This document shows, piece after piece, positions 42,958 through 53,216 of a stretch of 64,000 nucleotides of DNA. Numbering within the stretch: the first letter of the stretch is position 1; each line of letters begins with the position of its first letter. A program made the translations under genes and the position numbers. The notes under the pieces are model-generated. The model was not told the DNA's origin. It made no database searches and was given only the letters and a program-made list of their open reading frames with translations. Origin of the DNA: Dudresnaya verticillata (lineage: Eukaryota); the NCBI GenBank assembly GCA_977862235.1, contig OZ374557.1, positions 3,844,001 through 3,908,000 of the forward strand, in the 5' to 3' direction.

Positions 42958-44721
42958 ATGGTGTCCAACTCCGAGGTGCAGCGTAAGTGGGACCTCTACC
43001 GCATCGCAGCCTTTGGCGACCTGAAAAATACCGCCGACAGCCACCTCTCCGCTGTCCGCGACAAGGGCGGCCTCGCCTGGCTCGGCATGGTGGCGTGGGC
43101 GGTGGTCATGAATAACGGCCTCGGCCTGGCCCTCGGCCCTGCCGCAATTCCCGTCGGCATTGTCGGTACCATCCTTACCGTAGGCTCCGCCGTCAGCACG
43201 GGCGCCTCGCTGTCTGGCTTTGGGGCGCGAGAGCTTATGGAGCGTTTCACCACGGTGCAGATCACGGTTGACGGTCTTGTGGACAGGATTCAAAAAAAAA
43301 GGGTGCTGGATTGGCGCAGTGCGGCCGCTTACGCGCTCTACTCTCGTATCAGGGCTGAGACTGGAAAGGTTAGCGAGGAGGACGGAAACTTTATTCGTGG
43401 TTCTATGCGCATACTTCCACCATTCTCTGAGGCCAGTGATGAGAAGGCGGAGAAGCAAACGTTTCTTGCCAACCTCGCTGACTGTGTTGGAGACCATCAC
43501 GAAGCAAATCCGTGGTTCCGTGCTGCGACGAAATCCATCCACCCATATGTTATCGACCTTGTAGCGAAGGGTCTATCTGACGAGTTAGTCGTAGGTCAAA
43601 CTGAGCATAATGTACGCGAAGTGGCATCGCAGGCACAGTGGCTCTGGAACGGGCAAGAGAGGTGCACGCCCAGGGAGCCTGTCCAGTGGCGCGTTGAGAA
43701 GAACATCCCGTACTTTTGTATATCATACCAGCATAGCTACAAGCATTGGGTGGATTGGTGGCGGGGCACAATCTCCGAGGCGTCCCTTCGGGAGAGCTTA
43801 GATGCGATTGAGAAGTATATCCGAGAGAATGGCTTGGGTAGTAGATATCGCGTCTGGATCGATCGCTTGATGTATGGCGTGGACGAGCGATGGGCGACTT
43901 ATGGACTTGTGCCATACTTGTTGTTCCCAACGTATCAGACGCGTGGTTCGTGGTCCCGAAAAGGGGCGAGAGGTTCGCATCGCACGTGGATTATGCTGGA
44001 GACGGTTTGTGCACTGGCGGGTCCCGGAATGGTCAATCCGGACGAGAGTATGCCAATCACGGTCATGAAGAGGTTCTCATTGTTGGAGGCGTGGTCTTCC
44101 GTAGCAGAGATTATTCGCAAGTCTGACGATAAATTCTGGCGTCAAATGAACCAGTTTTTTCGTGAGGAGAACGAGAGCAGTTTACGTGCCTGGGCTGAAG
44201 GTATTCTTTACTGCAGAGAGTTGAGAGAGGTCTATGCTAGACCGAGACAAATTACGGAAAATGAGATCCCACAGCCCAACGTAGTGATGAGGTATGAGAA
44301 GAGGTTTAACTATATGCCACTGTACTTTGTCAGTGATGTTGCGCAGACGAAGGCCGTGGAGGCATACATGAACTCGTTGCAACAAGATGTGCCGAAGAAT
44401 GGGTGGAACTACCGGATGCTGCTCCATGTCAGCGAGAAGGATCTGGACATTCAGTGGTTCTGGCAGAACAGTCCTATCCGGGATAATACAAAGGTGGACG
44501 TACTCCAGAATGCCAAAGGCCGCACAGTGCTGCGTTTGTTTACAAATCTCCGCGAAGGCGCGATCCAAAACTGCTTGTATGTGAAATCAACGGGGAATGA
44601 CTACTCGTATCAGGTCTTGAGGGTGGTTTGTACCAATGGCAAACCAGACTGGTACAACTCGTACACTGCAAAGAACCCCAACCTGCAAGATTGCAAGCTG
44701 TTAGCCTTCTCGCTCGCGTAG
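42958..44721 (+). CDS. Membrane-anchored protein with HET/TIR-like domain motifs (587 aa)
   Basis: Gly-rich hydrophobic N-terminal hairpin; YFCISYQH, VWIDRL, RTWIMLE. ATG at 42958; TATAAA near 42754. Confidence 0.75.
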   Translation: MVSNSEVQRKWDLYRIAAFGDLKNTADSHLSAVRDKGGLAWLGMVAWAVVMNNGLGLALGPAAIPVGIVGTILTVGSAVSTGASLSGFGARELMERFTTVQITVDGLVDRIQKKRVLDWRSAAAYALYSRIRAETGKVSEEDGNFIRGSMRILPPFSEASDEKAEKQTFLANLADCVGDHHEANPWFRAATKSIHPYVIDLVAKGLSDELVVGQTEHNVREVASQAQWLWNGQERCTPREPVQWRVEKNIPYFCISYQHSYKHWVDWWRGTISEASLRESLDAIEKYIRENGLGSRYRVWIDRLMYGVDERWATYGLVPYLLFPTYQTRGSWSRKGARGSHRTWIMLETVCALAGPGMVNPDESMPITVMKRFSLLEAWSSVAEIIRKSDDKFWRQMNQFFREENESSLRAWAEGILYCRELREVYARPRQITENEIPQPNVVMRYEKRFNYMPLYFVSDVAQTKAVEAYMNSLQQDVPKNGWNYRMLLHVSEKDLDIQWFWQNSPIRDNTKVDVLQNAKGRTVLRLFTNLREGAIQNCLYVKSTGNDYSYQVLRVVCTNGKPDWYNSYTAKNPNLQDCKLLAFSLA

Positions 44722-44941
44722 TTTGCAGCGCAGCTGTGCCATGCAGGTTAAGAAGAGACGTGCCCGCTCCGAAGTAAAACCTTTCCCGTCTGTTTCCTGA
44801 TCCAATTACCGTGATACCGTCAACCTCCTTTTCCAAATAGTTGGTAGTTTTCCAGTAAACGTGGCAAGGTGCATGGACGTGCCCTGAGCGCAGATCCCTT
44901 CTCGAGATCCTCGGTCGTTCCCTCCGCTCTGCTTCCGCGCA

Positions 44942-45639
44942 ATGCCTTCTCCAAGCCTGACCGCCTTCGTGCTGTACCTCCCGTTGCACACGGCACCCTC
45001 AGCAGCTGCGCAGCGCATCTCTTCGCGCCGATCACGGCTGGCTCCAGCCGCCGCGCAGACGCGACGCGCGCTCGTAATGGCGGAGCCGAGGCCGGCCCCG
45101 ATGATTGCTGTCGTCGAGGTATGTTTCAGTCTGCGCAGTTGCACCTGCCCAAGGGCGAGAGCGAGCCGCGCGTCTTTTCTAACCACCCATCCAGATCGGC
45201 ACTGGCACAGATTTGCACGGCCAGAACGCGACGGTAGCCGCGGTGCGCGCTTGTCGAAGTACGTACGTCCCGCGCATACGCAGGGGAGCAGCGCTTCGCT
45301 AGGCCGCGCGATGGACGCGAGCGGCATTCTGACAGCCTTTGGCACGTGCGCTGCGTAGATGCGATCGAGTTCAACTCGCTCCCGGGGCTGAACCGCTTGT
45401 TGCCAGGTGGGTCATACGAGTCGATGACTGTGCACGTCAAGCTGGGTGTGCCAAAGGATTTTATGGGGAGTGTCGATGAGGAACAGGTACGACGCCAGTT
45501 CCCATACGGACAGATTCTTGTGGAGGTCGTTGAGGGTGGACTCTGCTGTAGCAGCGGCGTTGTGTTGGCTGAGCAGGGGGATGCGCCGGGTGATGATCGA
45601 GCTGTCGTCGTCGTAGCAGCCGTTACAGTCATGTGCTAG
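44942..45639 (+). CDS. Lin0512-family protein, probably plastid-targeted; join(44942..45118,45195..45258,45359..45639)
   Basis: Splicing two GT-AG introns (76 and 100 nt, with CTAAC/CTGAC branch sites) yields VE-IGTGTDLHGQNATVAAVRACR-NAIEFNSLPG..VKLGVP..FPYG..VVEGGL. Confidence 0.85.
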
Positions 45640-45808
45640 TCTTGCCACCTCATAGATGCAAGCTCATGAAGGAAGCAGGAAAAAGCATTGGAGCCTTATC
45701 GAGACGCACTTATTCCTAGGGATGTAGTGAAGGTAACATTACCTCCAATTGTTACCGTGTTATTTATCTTTTGTCTATAGACATTAATCAGTCTCAAGTT
45801 AGTTTGTC

Positions 45809-48565
45809 CTACGCATGTGTGGTTGAGCGTTCAGTCGCGGAACTCATCCCAGCAACCTTACGTGTTCTATGAAGTCCTTTTGCGCTTGTCTTCGGTCGCG
45901 ATTCTATCCGCGACGGGATGGACTGCCAATATTGCAAACCCGGATTGGTAGGGGGCAGGAAATGCTTAAAGAACATGAAGAAGAAGAAGAACAAAAACAG
46001 CGTCTGCGACGGAATTGCAAGCAAAATGAGGCCTGCCCCGCATAGCACCCCGACAGCAATCCAGCTTTGCCATTCTTCAGAACCCCAAAGGAACAACAAC
46101 TGCACTTTCCCAAGCTCTCGGTTCAACCTCCCAAGGACATTCTGGGCTGCGGCGAGTGTATCATGAACTTGCGCAACAAGTGCCAGAACATTGGCTTGGC
46201 GTCGCTCGGCATCCTCCGACTCTGTGCGCCCCATCCCCAGTCCAAGCCAGTTGTACTTCGTCTCCACAATCCATGCCGCCTGCACGAAGAAGAGGGATGC
46301 TGGGACGTAGTGTACTAGGCCGTTCGCTGCAATAGTGATGCACACCAAAATTGCCAACACAGTGGCTGGTGGGTTCCTCCACTGAAAGAGGTGATTGAAG
46401 AATTGAATGACTCGTACCAACGGAGAACAAAGTTCCGCAAACCGCCCGATGGCGTCCCCCAACCGGCCAACATCGAAGGGTTCATCATCTTGCACCTGAT
46501 AGATGCGCTCGTTCGTGTCCATGTTTTCCCGAATGGCAGAAAGGGCTCTTTCTATCCATGTTCGCCCACTTTGGTTATCATAAGCTCGGACCGAGTCTGC
46601 GTACCAGTTGACTAGTTGGGTATTCCGCTCGGCATGCGAGAAGAGCAGCAAGGACATGGAAGCCCGTTTCCTTGTTACCCTCCTCAACGACCGGTAACGG
46701 GCAATATTGGCATGTGCCGCGACCGCCAGAAGTGGCGGAGATGGTTCGTTCCGAAACGGAGACCGTGCGTAGTTAAGCATGCGAATCTCCGATGTTTCCC
46801 GACCAACCTTGTCGGTTTCGGCAGCAGTATCCGAATTGGGGCTAAGCTCCGACACTTGAGACTGCTGTGGATGCAACGAGGGTACTGCTCGACTCGAACT
46901 ACCAAAGCCCAACTGCACGTGGAGTTTGTGGGCTGCTACGATTTCCCTCGTAAGATTAACCCAATTATTGCGCCTCTTCTGCTCTCTGAATTCGAGAAGG
47001 CTGAACAAAAGGGGCTTCCGCCTCGCTGTGAATTGCCGCATGAGTTTACCCACATGTTGGGATAGGGTTGGTTCTTGCCGGATATCCGCTTCACGCCCTT
47101 GCCGACCGTTTCGGTCCGTTGAGCCCGCTTCCACGTTCTCTTCCTTACGAAGAGCAGATACTCCATCAATGGCTGCCTTCTTCTCAGACTCTAGATGTAT
47201 TTGCAAACAGTCACGCATCATGATCGGTATCTCCGTCGTGGATACCTCTGCGACAGCCCCTAACCTTGCGACATAATGATTCCGGCCAACCGCTGCAAAG
47301 AAAATCAGATACCTCTGGCTAAGGTAGAGCTTTCCCAAGGTAGGAAACATATCACTGTGATCCAACGCACCTTGCGACTTGATCAGAATTTCGCCTTGGT
47401 CGATACCCAGCTGTTGTTTGACGTTGAGCCAGTCATCGTCATGGCAATGATACTTCTCCTGAATAGCGAGAAAGAATGGCCACCAGGTCTCATACCGCAG
47501 CGCAACAGCTGGTGGATAAAGGTCGTGCGGGGGAGCCCCGTCGCCTGCCAGGCTGCTGACTGATAAGGCTCCGTTGGTAGAAACGGAAAAGTTGTCGATG
47601 TCATCGCCCGCATCTCTAGATACACGTGATGCAGCATCACTACTGGCACTGCCCATGCCCCGAAAACGGCGTCGTCGACGTAAGCCCTCTGCAACGGCTT
47701 GGCTGCGCTTCCTCGCTTCTTCTCGCGAGTTCCGGTTACCTAGCGCTCTAAACAATAGGGGCCCGTTCCGTTTGGAGTCCTGCAAGGCTGCTGACGCCTC
47801 GTCTTCTGCAGCACGCCTGGCCTGCTCGCGCACAAGCTCATCAAACACAAGACCTGCGACCGCAGCATCGGCAACTGGTCCGATAAACGGGGCATAACGC
47901 ACAAACTCATCCCGTAGGACGTAGCCAGCACCAGTGCGGTCCATCATGTTAAACAGCCAAGACGTAGCGTTCTGCATAGCCAGGGCATCCTGCACTTTAA
48001 GTGTGGTCATTATGGCGTAGTCTGCCAGGTCGCGCGGAAGGGGCTCGAACGAGCGAGCCTCGTTGCCAAAGACGGTATCCGACGCGGACGTGGATACAGT
48101 GGCAGCATGGAAGTCACTCTGCAGCTCTTCTAAGGACTTGCCGAGCAGGTCCGCACAGGCCTGGACCATAGCGTCGCGCCACGCGACACCATGAGAGACA
48201 TATCTTTGCAGCCCATCGCTATCGTCATCCGGCTGGTCGTCGTCGTTTTCCTGTGAGTCGCGGGCCTCATCCGCGGAGGACGCGCCATCCGGCGGTGGGG
48301 CGAGATCCCCCTCGCTGCTGGGCTCATCTGCGACGGTGTGCGCAGCGCGAGACTCCGCAGAGAACATGGAAAGAGGGTCTGTGAAGTAGCGGTGGAAGCT
48401 CTCTCCGGGGCCGCGCAGGAGGCGGCGGCGGCCGGATGCACCGGAGAGCGAGCGGATGCGGCGGAAGAGGGCCATCTCGACGTCACCGTCTTCGCGGCCG
48501 CCATCGTCCACGCCCGTAGCGCCATCCACCATGCCCTCCGGGCTGGTGGACTCGCTGGCACTCAT
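45809..48565 (-). CDS. EF-hand + GRAM + PRT_C/MCTP-like transmembrane protein
   Basis: EF-hand-like FNMMDRTGAGYVLRDEF; GRAM-like GKLYLSQRYLIF; C-terminal LFQWRNP-TM..AQNVLG..GKVQLLFLW-TM. Confidence 0.75.
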   Translation of the reverse strand: MSASESTSPEGMVDGATGVDDGGREDGDVEMALFRRIRSLSGASGRRRLLRGPGESFHRYFTDPLSMFSAESRAAHTVADEPSSEGDLAPPPDGASSADEARDSQENDDDQPDDDSDGLQRYVSHGVAWRDAMVQACADLLGKSLEELQSDFHAATVSTSASDTVFGNEARSFEPLPRDLADYAIMTTLKVQDALAMQNATSWLFNMMDRTGAGYVLRDEFVRYAPFIGPVADAAVAGLVFDELVREQARRAAEDEASAALQDSKRNGPLLFRALGNRNSREEARKRSQAVAEGLRRRRRFRGMGSASSDAASRVSRDAGDDIDNFSVSTNGALSVSSLAGDGAPPHDLYPPAVALRYETWWPFFLAIQEKYHCHDDDWLNVKQQLGIDQGEILIKSQGALDHSDMFPTLGKLYLSQRYLIFFAAVGRNHYVARLGAVAEVSTTEIPIMMRDCLQIHLESEKKAAIDGVSALRKEENVEAGSTDRNGRQGREADIRQEPTLSQHVGKLMRQFTARRKPLLFSLLEFREQKRRNNWVNLTREIVAAHKLHVQLGFGSSSRAVPSLHPQQSQVSELSPNSDTAAETDKVGRETSEIRMLNYARSPFRNEPSPPLLAVAAHANIARYRSLRRVTRKRASMSLLLFSHAERNTQLVNWYADSVRAYDNQSGRTWIERALSAIRENMDTNERIYQVQDDEPFDVGRLGDAIGRFAELCSPLVRVIQFFNHLFQWRNPPATVLAILVCITIAANGLVHYVPASLFFVQAAWIVETKYNWLGLGMGRTESEDAERRQANVLALVAQVHDTLAAAQNVLGRLNRELGKVQLLFLWGSEEWQSWIAVGVLCGAGLILLAIPSQTLFLFFFFFMFFKHFLPPTNPGLQYWQSIPSRIESRPKTSAKGLHRTRKVAGMSSATERSTTHA

Positions 48566-48639
48566 GGGAGCGCGGCTGGGGGCGCAGTGCAGGGCGGGTG
48601 GTGGATGCAACAGCCGCCTGTTCTTACGGGGTGCAGAGG

Positions 48640-48699
48640 AGCGAGGAGCGGGGTGTCCCCAATTGTGTTAGCGAGGAGCGAGGTGTCCCCAATTGGGTT
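48640..48699. repeat. 30-bp tandem duplication in a divergent promoter
   Basis: AGCGAGGAGCG(G/A)GGTGTCCCCAATTG(T/G)GTT x2. Confidence 0.8.
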
Positions 48700-48983
48700 A
48701 CAACGAGAGGAGTTAATTTAATGTATCGTTGCGGTCCTTTTTGAAGTATTCAATCTAAAAGTGCGTCTCGAAGCGGAATGCATCAAATATTCAACACTGC
48801 AAAGTTCTGCGGGTCGAGTGTGGATGCGCCTCTTGACGAGGAACGCCACCCCGGTCTCAGGTGTCGACCAGCCCTCACTCGCGAGCTGCCCAGTCTCTGC
48901 TTGGACACGGGCGCGCGGAAACGGGGCGGACGTACGTTGGCGGCGAAGCGCGGACCTAGGTCGGCACGGGCGCCGCGTGCACA

Positions 48984-50693
48984 ATGCTCAAGTTTCGTAA
49001 CATCTCACTGCTACGCCGCATCTACGTCTGGGGGCTCGCCTTCATCACCAAGGTTGCGTACGGCCCGGACATTCGCGCCGCCGCGTCGCCAGAGGCCTCC
49101 GGCGGAACTCCCGATGCGCGTCGCATCCGCCGCATCAACTCAGAGCTGGAATTTGGCCCCCGTGCATGGCAGAAGGATTTTCTCGACAGCTCTGGCCGTG
49201 CCTCTCCGCTTTCGCGTGATCACCCATTCCAGCTCGAAGACGTCGCGTCCTTCGTTTCAGATGGCGTTGAGGCTATCGTTGGGGACACCCTTACTGCTTG
49301 TTTCACCGCCGACCCGCCTGATCCGTGGAATTTTCTGACGAGGAACATTCCGCCAGGAAAGTGGCAGATGAGCTCTTACAACACTTTGCTGTGGGTTGTC
49401 GGTATTTGGGCGAGGTATTGCGTCTTTCTCCCTTTTCGCATCTCGTGTGTTATTACTGGCGTTCTCTCCTTCTCCGTTGGCTGGAGCATGGCCTGGCTGC
49501 TCCCTCCTTCACCCCGCAAGCGTGCTATTTTGCAGTGGCTCCTGCGCTACCTCGCGTCTGTCGTTGTGGCGTCATGGTCAGGATACGTTAAGTTTCACGG
49601 GAAGCGCCCAGAGCGCCGTCCGAATCAGATCTACGTCGCGAACCACACCTCTCTCATTGACCTATTCCTTTTGAACAAGGACTACAACTTTAGCTGCATC
49701 GGCCAGCGCCATGGCGGGCTGGCAGGCCTTCTACAAGACCTGCTAATGGCCGCGCAAGATCATGTGTGGTTCGACCGCGAGGAGGGTACAGACAGACGTG
49801 CGGTGCAGCGCCTTCTTCGTGAGCACGTCGCAGACGGGTCCAAGGAGCCAATGCTGGTATTTCCCGAGGGCACATGCACGAATTCAGAGTATTGCGTGAT
49901 GTTCAAGAAAGGCAGCTTTGAGCTTGGGGCCGAAGTGCATCCTATTGCCATGCGTTATCGGCGCCGGTTTGGGGATCCGTTCTGGAACTCTCAGACGACA
50001 TCTTTCCCGCGGCACCTCTTCGACCTCATGACATCATGGGCCGTGGTGTGCGATGTATACTACATGGAACCGCAGAAGATTCGAGAAGGTGAGAGTGCGG
50101 TGGAGTTTGCAAACCGGGTGAAGCGGCTGATTTGCGAGCGTGCGGGGTTGACGAGCGTGAACTGGGACGGATTTCTGAAACGGCACCGGATCTCACCGAA
50201 GTTTCTCGACTCGCGGCAACGGGCGCTGGCGTCGATTATCACGCGACGGCTGAACGGGGAACTTCCTCGCGCAGTGAGCTCATGCACGCTGGCAGGAATT
50301 GACGGTGCGCTGCCCCAAACGACAGTGACCGGAAACGGAGCCACGGGCGGGATGGACACGCTTGGATTTGAGAAGCCGCTGGTGCCGCCGGGTCGGCGAC
50401 GAGACTCTAACTCGCTGTATAGAGAGGTGCTGACGCTACGGAGGCGGCGCAGCGGGAATGCCGGGTCGTTGACCGACCTGGGGCAATCCGGGGCGGAAGA
50501 ACATGCCTCTACACCTCTACGCGCACCGCAGAAGAGAATATGGGACAATGCCGCAGTGCGGTTTGTCGAGGGTGCAGTGAGAAATACGTTTCGGTGGATG
50601 CTTGCTATCGGGCTGCTTGTGGTGGCAGGGTTGGTGACCAGCAGGTTTATGCCTAGCTCGTGGAAGCATGCGCTGCGTAACGGGGTTTTATAG
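48984..50693 (+). CDS. GPAT9: ER glycerol-3-phosphate acyltransferase (GPAT9/GPAT3-4 type)
   Basis: PWNFLTR, YVANHTSLID, HVWFDR, LVFPEGTCTN, MFKKGSFE, MTSWAVVCDV, WDGFLK. Confidence 0.92.
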   Translation: MLKFRNISLLRRIYVWGLAFITKVAYGPDIRAAASPEASGGTPDARRIRRINSELEFGPRAWQKDFLDSSGRASPLSRDHPFQLEDVASFVSDGVEAIVGDTLTACFTADPPDPWNFLTRNIPPGKWQMSSYNTLLWVVGIWARYCVFLPFRISCVITGVLSFSVGWSMAWLLPPSPRKRAILQWLLRYLASVVVASWSGYVKFHGKRPERRPNQIYVANHTSLIDLFLLNKDYNFSCIGQRHGGLAGLLQDLLMAAQDHVWFDREEGTDRRAVQRLLREHVADGSKEPMLVFPEGTCTNSEYCVMFKKGSFELGAEVHPIAMRYRRRFGDPFWNSQTTSFPRHLFDLMTSWAVVCDVYYMEPQKIREGESAVEFANRVKRLICERAGLTSVNWDGFLKRHRISPKFLDSRQRALASIITRRLNGELPRAVSSCTLAGIDGALPQTTVTGNGATGGMDTLGFEKPLVPPGRRRDSNSLYREVLTLRRRRSGNAGSLTDLGQSGAEEHASTPLRAPQKRIWDNAAVRFVEGAVRNTFRWMLAIGLLVVAGLVTSRFMPSSWKHALRNGVL

Positions 50694-50910
50694 TTGAGCG
50701 TACGTACGCGGGGGTTGTTGGTTCGGAGCCGGCTGGACGGGTGCGAGACGCCCGTAGCTGGGTAGGACAAGCTTGGTGTGGGTTGTTACATCAGTGGTAC
50801 GGGCGGATGTGTAAGAAGAGGTACATGTAGTATTTTTTTGTGCAAGCAAGTGTGTGCCAACCGCGGGGGCTGTGCGGACGATGCGAAGGCGGTCCTCCTC
50901 TACGCGTGCG

Positions 50911-51345
50911 TTACTTGGCTGCGGCGTCGGTGTCCTTGGCGTAAGCGGCCCAGCCCCCGTAGTGCGATATATCGAGCGTGGAAATGCCCATGGCGGTGGC
51001 CTTGGCCTGGTCGGCGGCCCAGCCCTCACAGGTGAAACCGTAGACCTTATCGGCGTTGTGCAACAAGACAGTGCCGAAGCCCAGCGGGGAGGGGACGTAG
51101 GAGAGCAGCGTACCCACCGAGGCGTCCGGCATATCCCAGACCTCGATTTCCTGTGGTGCGGCGGTTGCAGCGCCGGTCGGGTGCAGGATGAGCCCCGGCT
51201 TGGTTGGGCTGCCCGCAGATGAGAGGGCGTGCATGGTGTAGTTGGGCGACGTCTTGTCCGACCGCAGGAACTTTCCCCCCAGTGAGACAAGCTGGTGGTT
51301 CAGAGGGCCGTTGCGCAGGTGCAGCCCGCAGACTGCGAAGTGCAT
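50911..51345 (-). CDS. Stand-alone allophanate hydrolase C-terminal (GGCT-like) domain protein
   Basis: FAVCGLHL..PLNHQL..T.P.Y..KPGL..EVW..VPSPLGFGTV.L..V.GF.CE..DISHYGGW.AY; no amidase domain upstream. Confidence 0.85.
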   Translation of the reverse strand: MHFAVCGLHLRNGPLNHQLVSLGGKFLRSDKTSPNYTMHALSSAGSPTKPGLILHPTGAATAAPQEIEVWDMPDASVGTLLSYVPSPLGFGTVLLHNADKVYGFTCEGWAADQAKATAMGISTLDISHYGGWAAYAKDTDAAAK

Positions 51346-51814
51346 GGCGGTGGTGGGTGGGGTGCGGGGTGGCGACGTGGGAAAGGCGGCGTGGGGGTGG
51401 GTGGGGATGGAGATCGGGGAGAAAACGGCAATGGGATGCGGACGATGAGCACATTGGGATCGAAGGATTCGGATGGATGCGAGCGTGCCAGTTCCTGACA
51501 GAACAGTTTCTACTCCTCTGTAATGCATCGCGAGATCCAATGGGATTCGCGGGCGGAATGGAGACGCCGAGAATCGCCCAAATCAATCACCAAATATCTG
51601 CCTCGCACCGCGTCGAGCGCACCCGTTCGCGGCGCGAACCGCCGCAGCCCATCCGTCCCCCCCCAATCTCCCCGGAGCTCAACATGCCAAGTACTTGTAT
51701 TCGTCACCAACCCCCCCGAGGCCTACTCCACACCTGAGCACCGCCGCGTCCCCTTGCCGCTCCCGCCCGCGATCGTCGCCGCCCCCCCGCACGACCCCGC
51801 AACCCTCCACAACC

Positions 51815-52990
51815 ATGCCCATTCTCGCCTTCGCCCCCGCGGCCCCGCTGGCCGCCCGCCCCACGGCCACGCTGTCGACGTCGCGCTTCACCCCGGCGCT
51901 GCGCACCTGCGCCCCGCCACGTCGCGCCACCACGCGCATGTCCGCCGCGGTCGGCACCGAGGCCCCGTTGCTCGTGCGCGCAGGCCGCGGAGAGGAGGTC
52001 GAGCGGCCGCCCGTGTGGATGATGCGCCAGGCGGGCCGCTATATGAAGGTGTACCAGGAGCTGGCCAAGAAGCACCCGTCGTTCCGCGAGCGCTCGGAAA
52101 ACCCCGACCTCTCCATCGAGATCTCGCTGCAGCCGTGGCGTGCCTTCCGCCCGGATGGTGTTATTCTCTTCTCGGACATCCTCACCCCGCTCCCCGGCAT
52201 GGGCGTCCCGTTCGACATCCCCGACCGCGGTCCGGTCATTGAGCCCCCGCTCAGGACCAAGGAGCAGATCGAAGCTGTGCATGACATCGACTGCGAGGCT
52301 ACTGCTCCGTTTGTCAGGGAGACCCTGCAGGCCCTCAGAAAAGAGGTCGATGGACAGGCTGCTGTGCTGGGCTTCGTCGGAGCCCCGTACACATTGGCAA
52401 CATATTGTATCGAGGGTGGCAGCTCGAAGAGTTATACCACCATCAAGAAGATGGCTTTCACGGAGCCGGAGCTGCTGCACACCTTACTAGGCAAGTTTGC
52501 AGACAACATCGCAGAATACTGCAATTTCCAGATTGAGGCCGGCGCTCAGGTCGTCCAGATGTTCGACTCGTGGGCAGGGCAGCTCTCGCCGATTGACTAC
52601 GAAATCTTCGCCGCTCCGTACCAGAAGCGTGTTGTCGATAAGGTCAAGGCCGTCCACCCGGACGTCCCGTTCATCATGTATATCTCGCAGGGTGGCACGC
52701 TGCTGGAACGTATGGCCGCCACTGGTGTCGACATTGTTTCTGTCGACTGGACAGTCGACATGGCAGACGCTCGCAAGCGTCTTGGTCCGGACGTTATGGT
52801 ACAGGGGAACATCGATCCGGCTGTGCTTCTTGGGTCGAAGGACTTTATTGCGGAGCGCACCTTGGATACCATTAAGAAGGCGGGTCGCAAAGGGCATATT
52901 TGCAACTTGGGACATGGCGTTTACCCGGCAACCCCTGAGGACAATGTTGCACACTTTTTCAAGACTGTACAAGAATTCCGCTGGGATTAG
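51815..52990 (+). CDS. hemE: Uroporphyrinogen decarboxylase, plastid-targeted
   Basis: [48 protein letters not shown]; transit peptide MPILAF... Confidence 0.97.
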   Translation: MPILAFAPAAPLAARPTATLSTSRFTPALRTCAPPRRATTRMSAAVGTEAPLLVRAGRGEEVERPPVWMMRQAGRYMKVYQELAKKHPSFRERSENPDLSIEISLQPWRAFRPDGVILFSDILTPLPGMGVPFDIPDRGPVIEPPLRTKEQIEAVHDIDCEATAPFVRETLQALRKEVDGQAAVLGFVGAPYTLATYCIEGGSSKSYTTIKKMAFTEPELLHTLLGKFADNIAEYCNFQIEAGAQVVQMFDSWAGQLSPIDYEIFAAPYQKRVVDKVKAVHPDVPFIMYISQGGTLLERMAATGVDIVSVDWTVDMADARKRLGPDVMVQGNIDPAVLLGSKDFIAERTLDTIKKAGRKGHICNLGHGVYPATPEDNVAHFFKTVQEFRWD

Positions 52991-53216
52991 CTCCCCTTTT
53001 GGTGCCGATCGTGTTCGATATGTCAACCCTATCGAAGGTGTAAATGTGCGAGCACATGCCATCAAGCTATGCAATTTTGCTCTTCGACCCTTGGTAGACT
53101 AAGCGCGTATCGAAACAGTCATTCTAAACATGCATCCTAACAGGTCTTCACGTTTCTTGCAAAGTTAAAAAAGCTTGTTGAATAGTCATCACGTTTGCAG
53201 CGAAACGCTTATCTCG

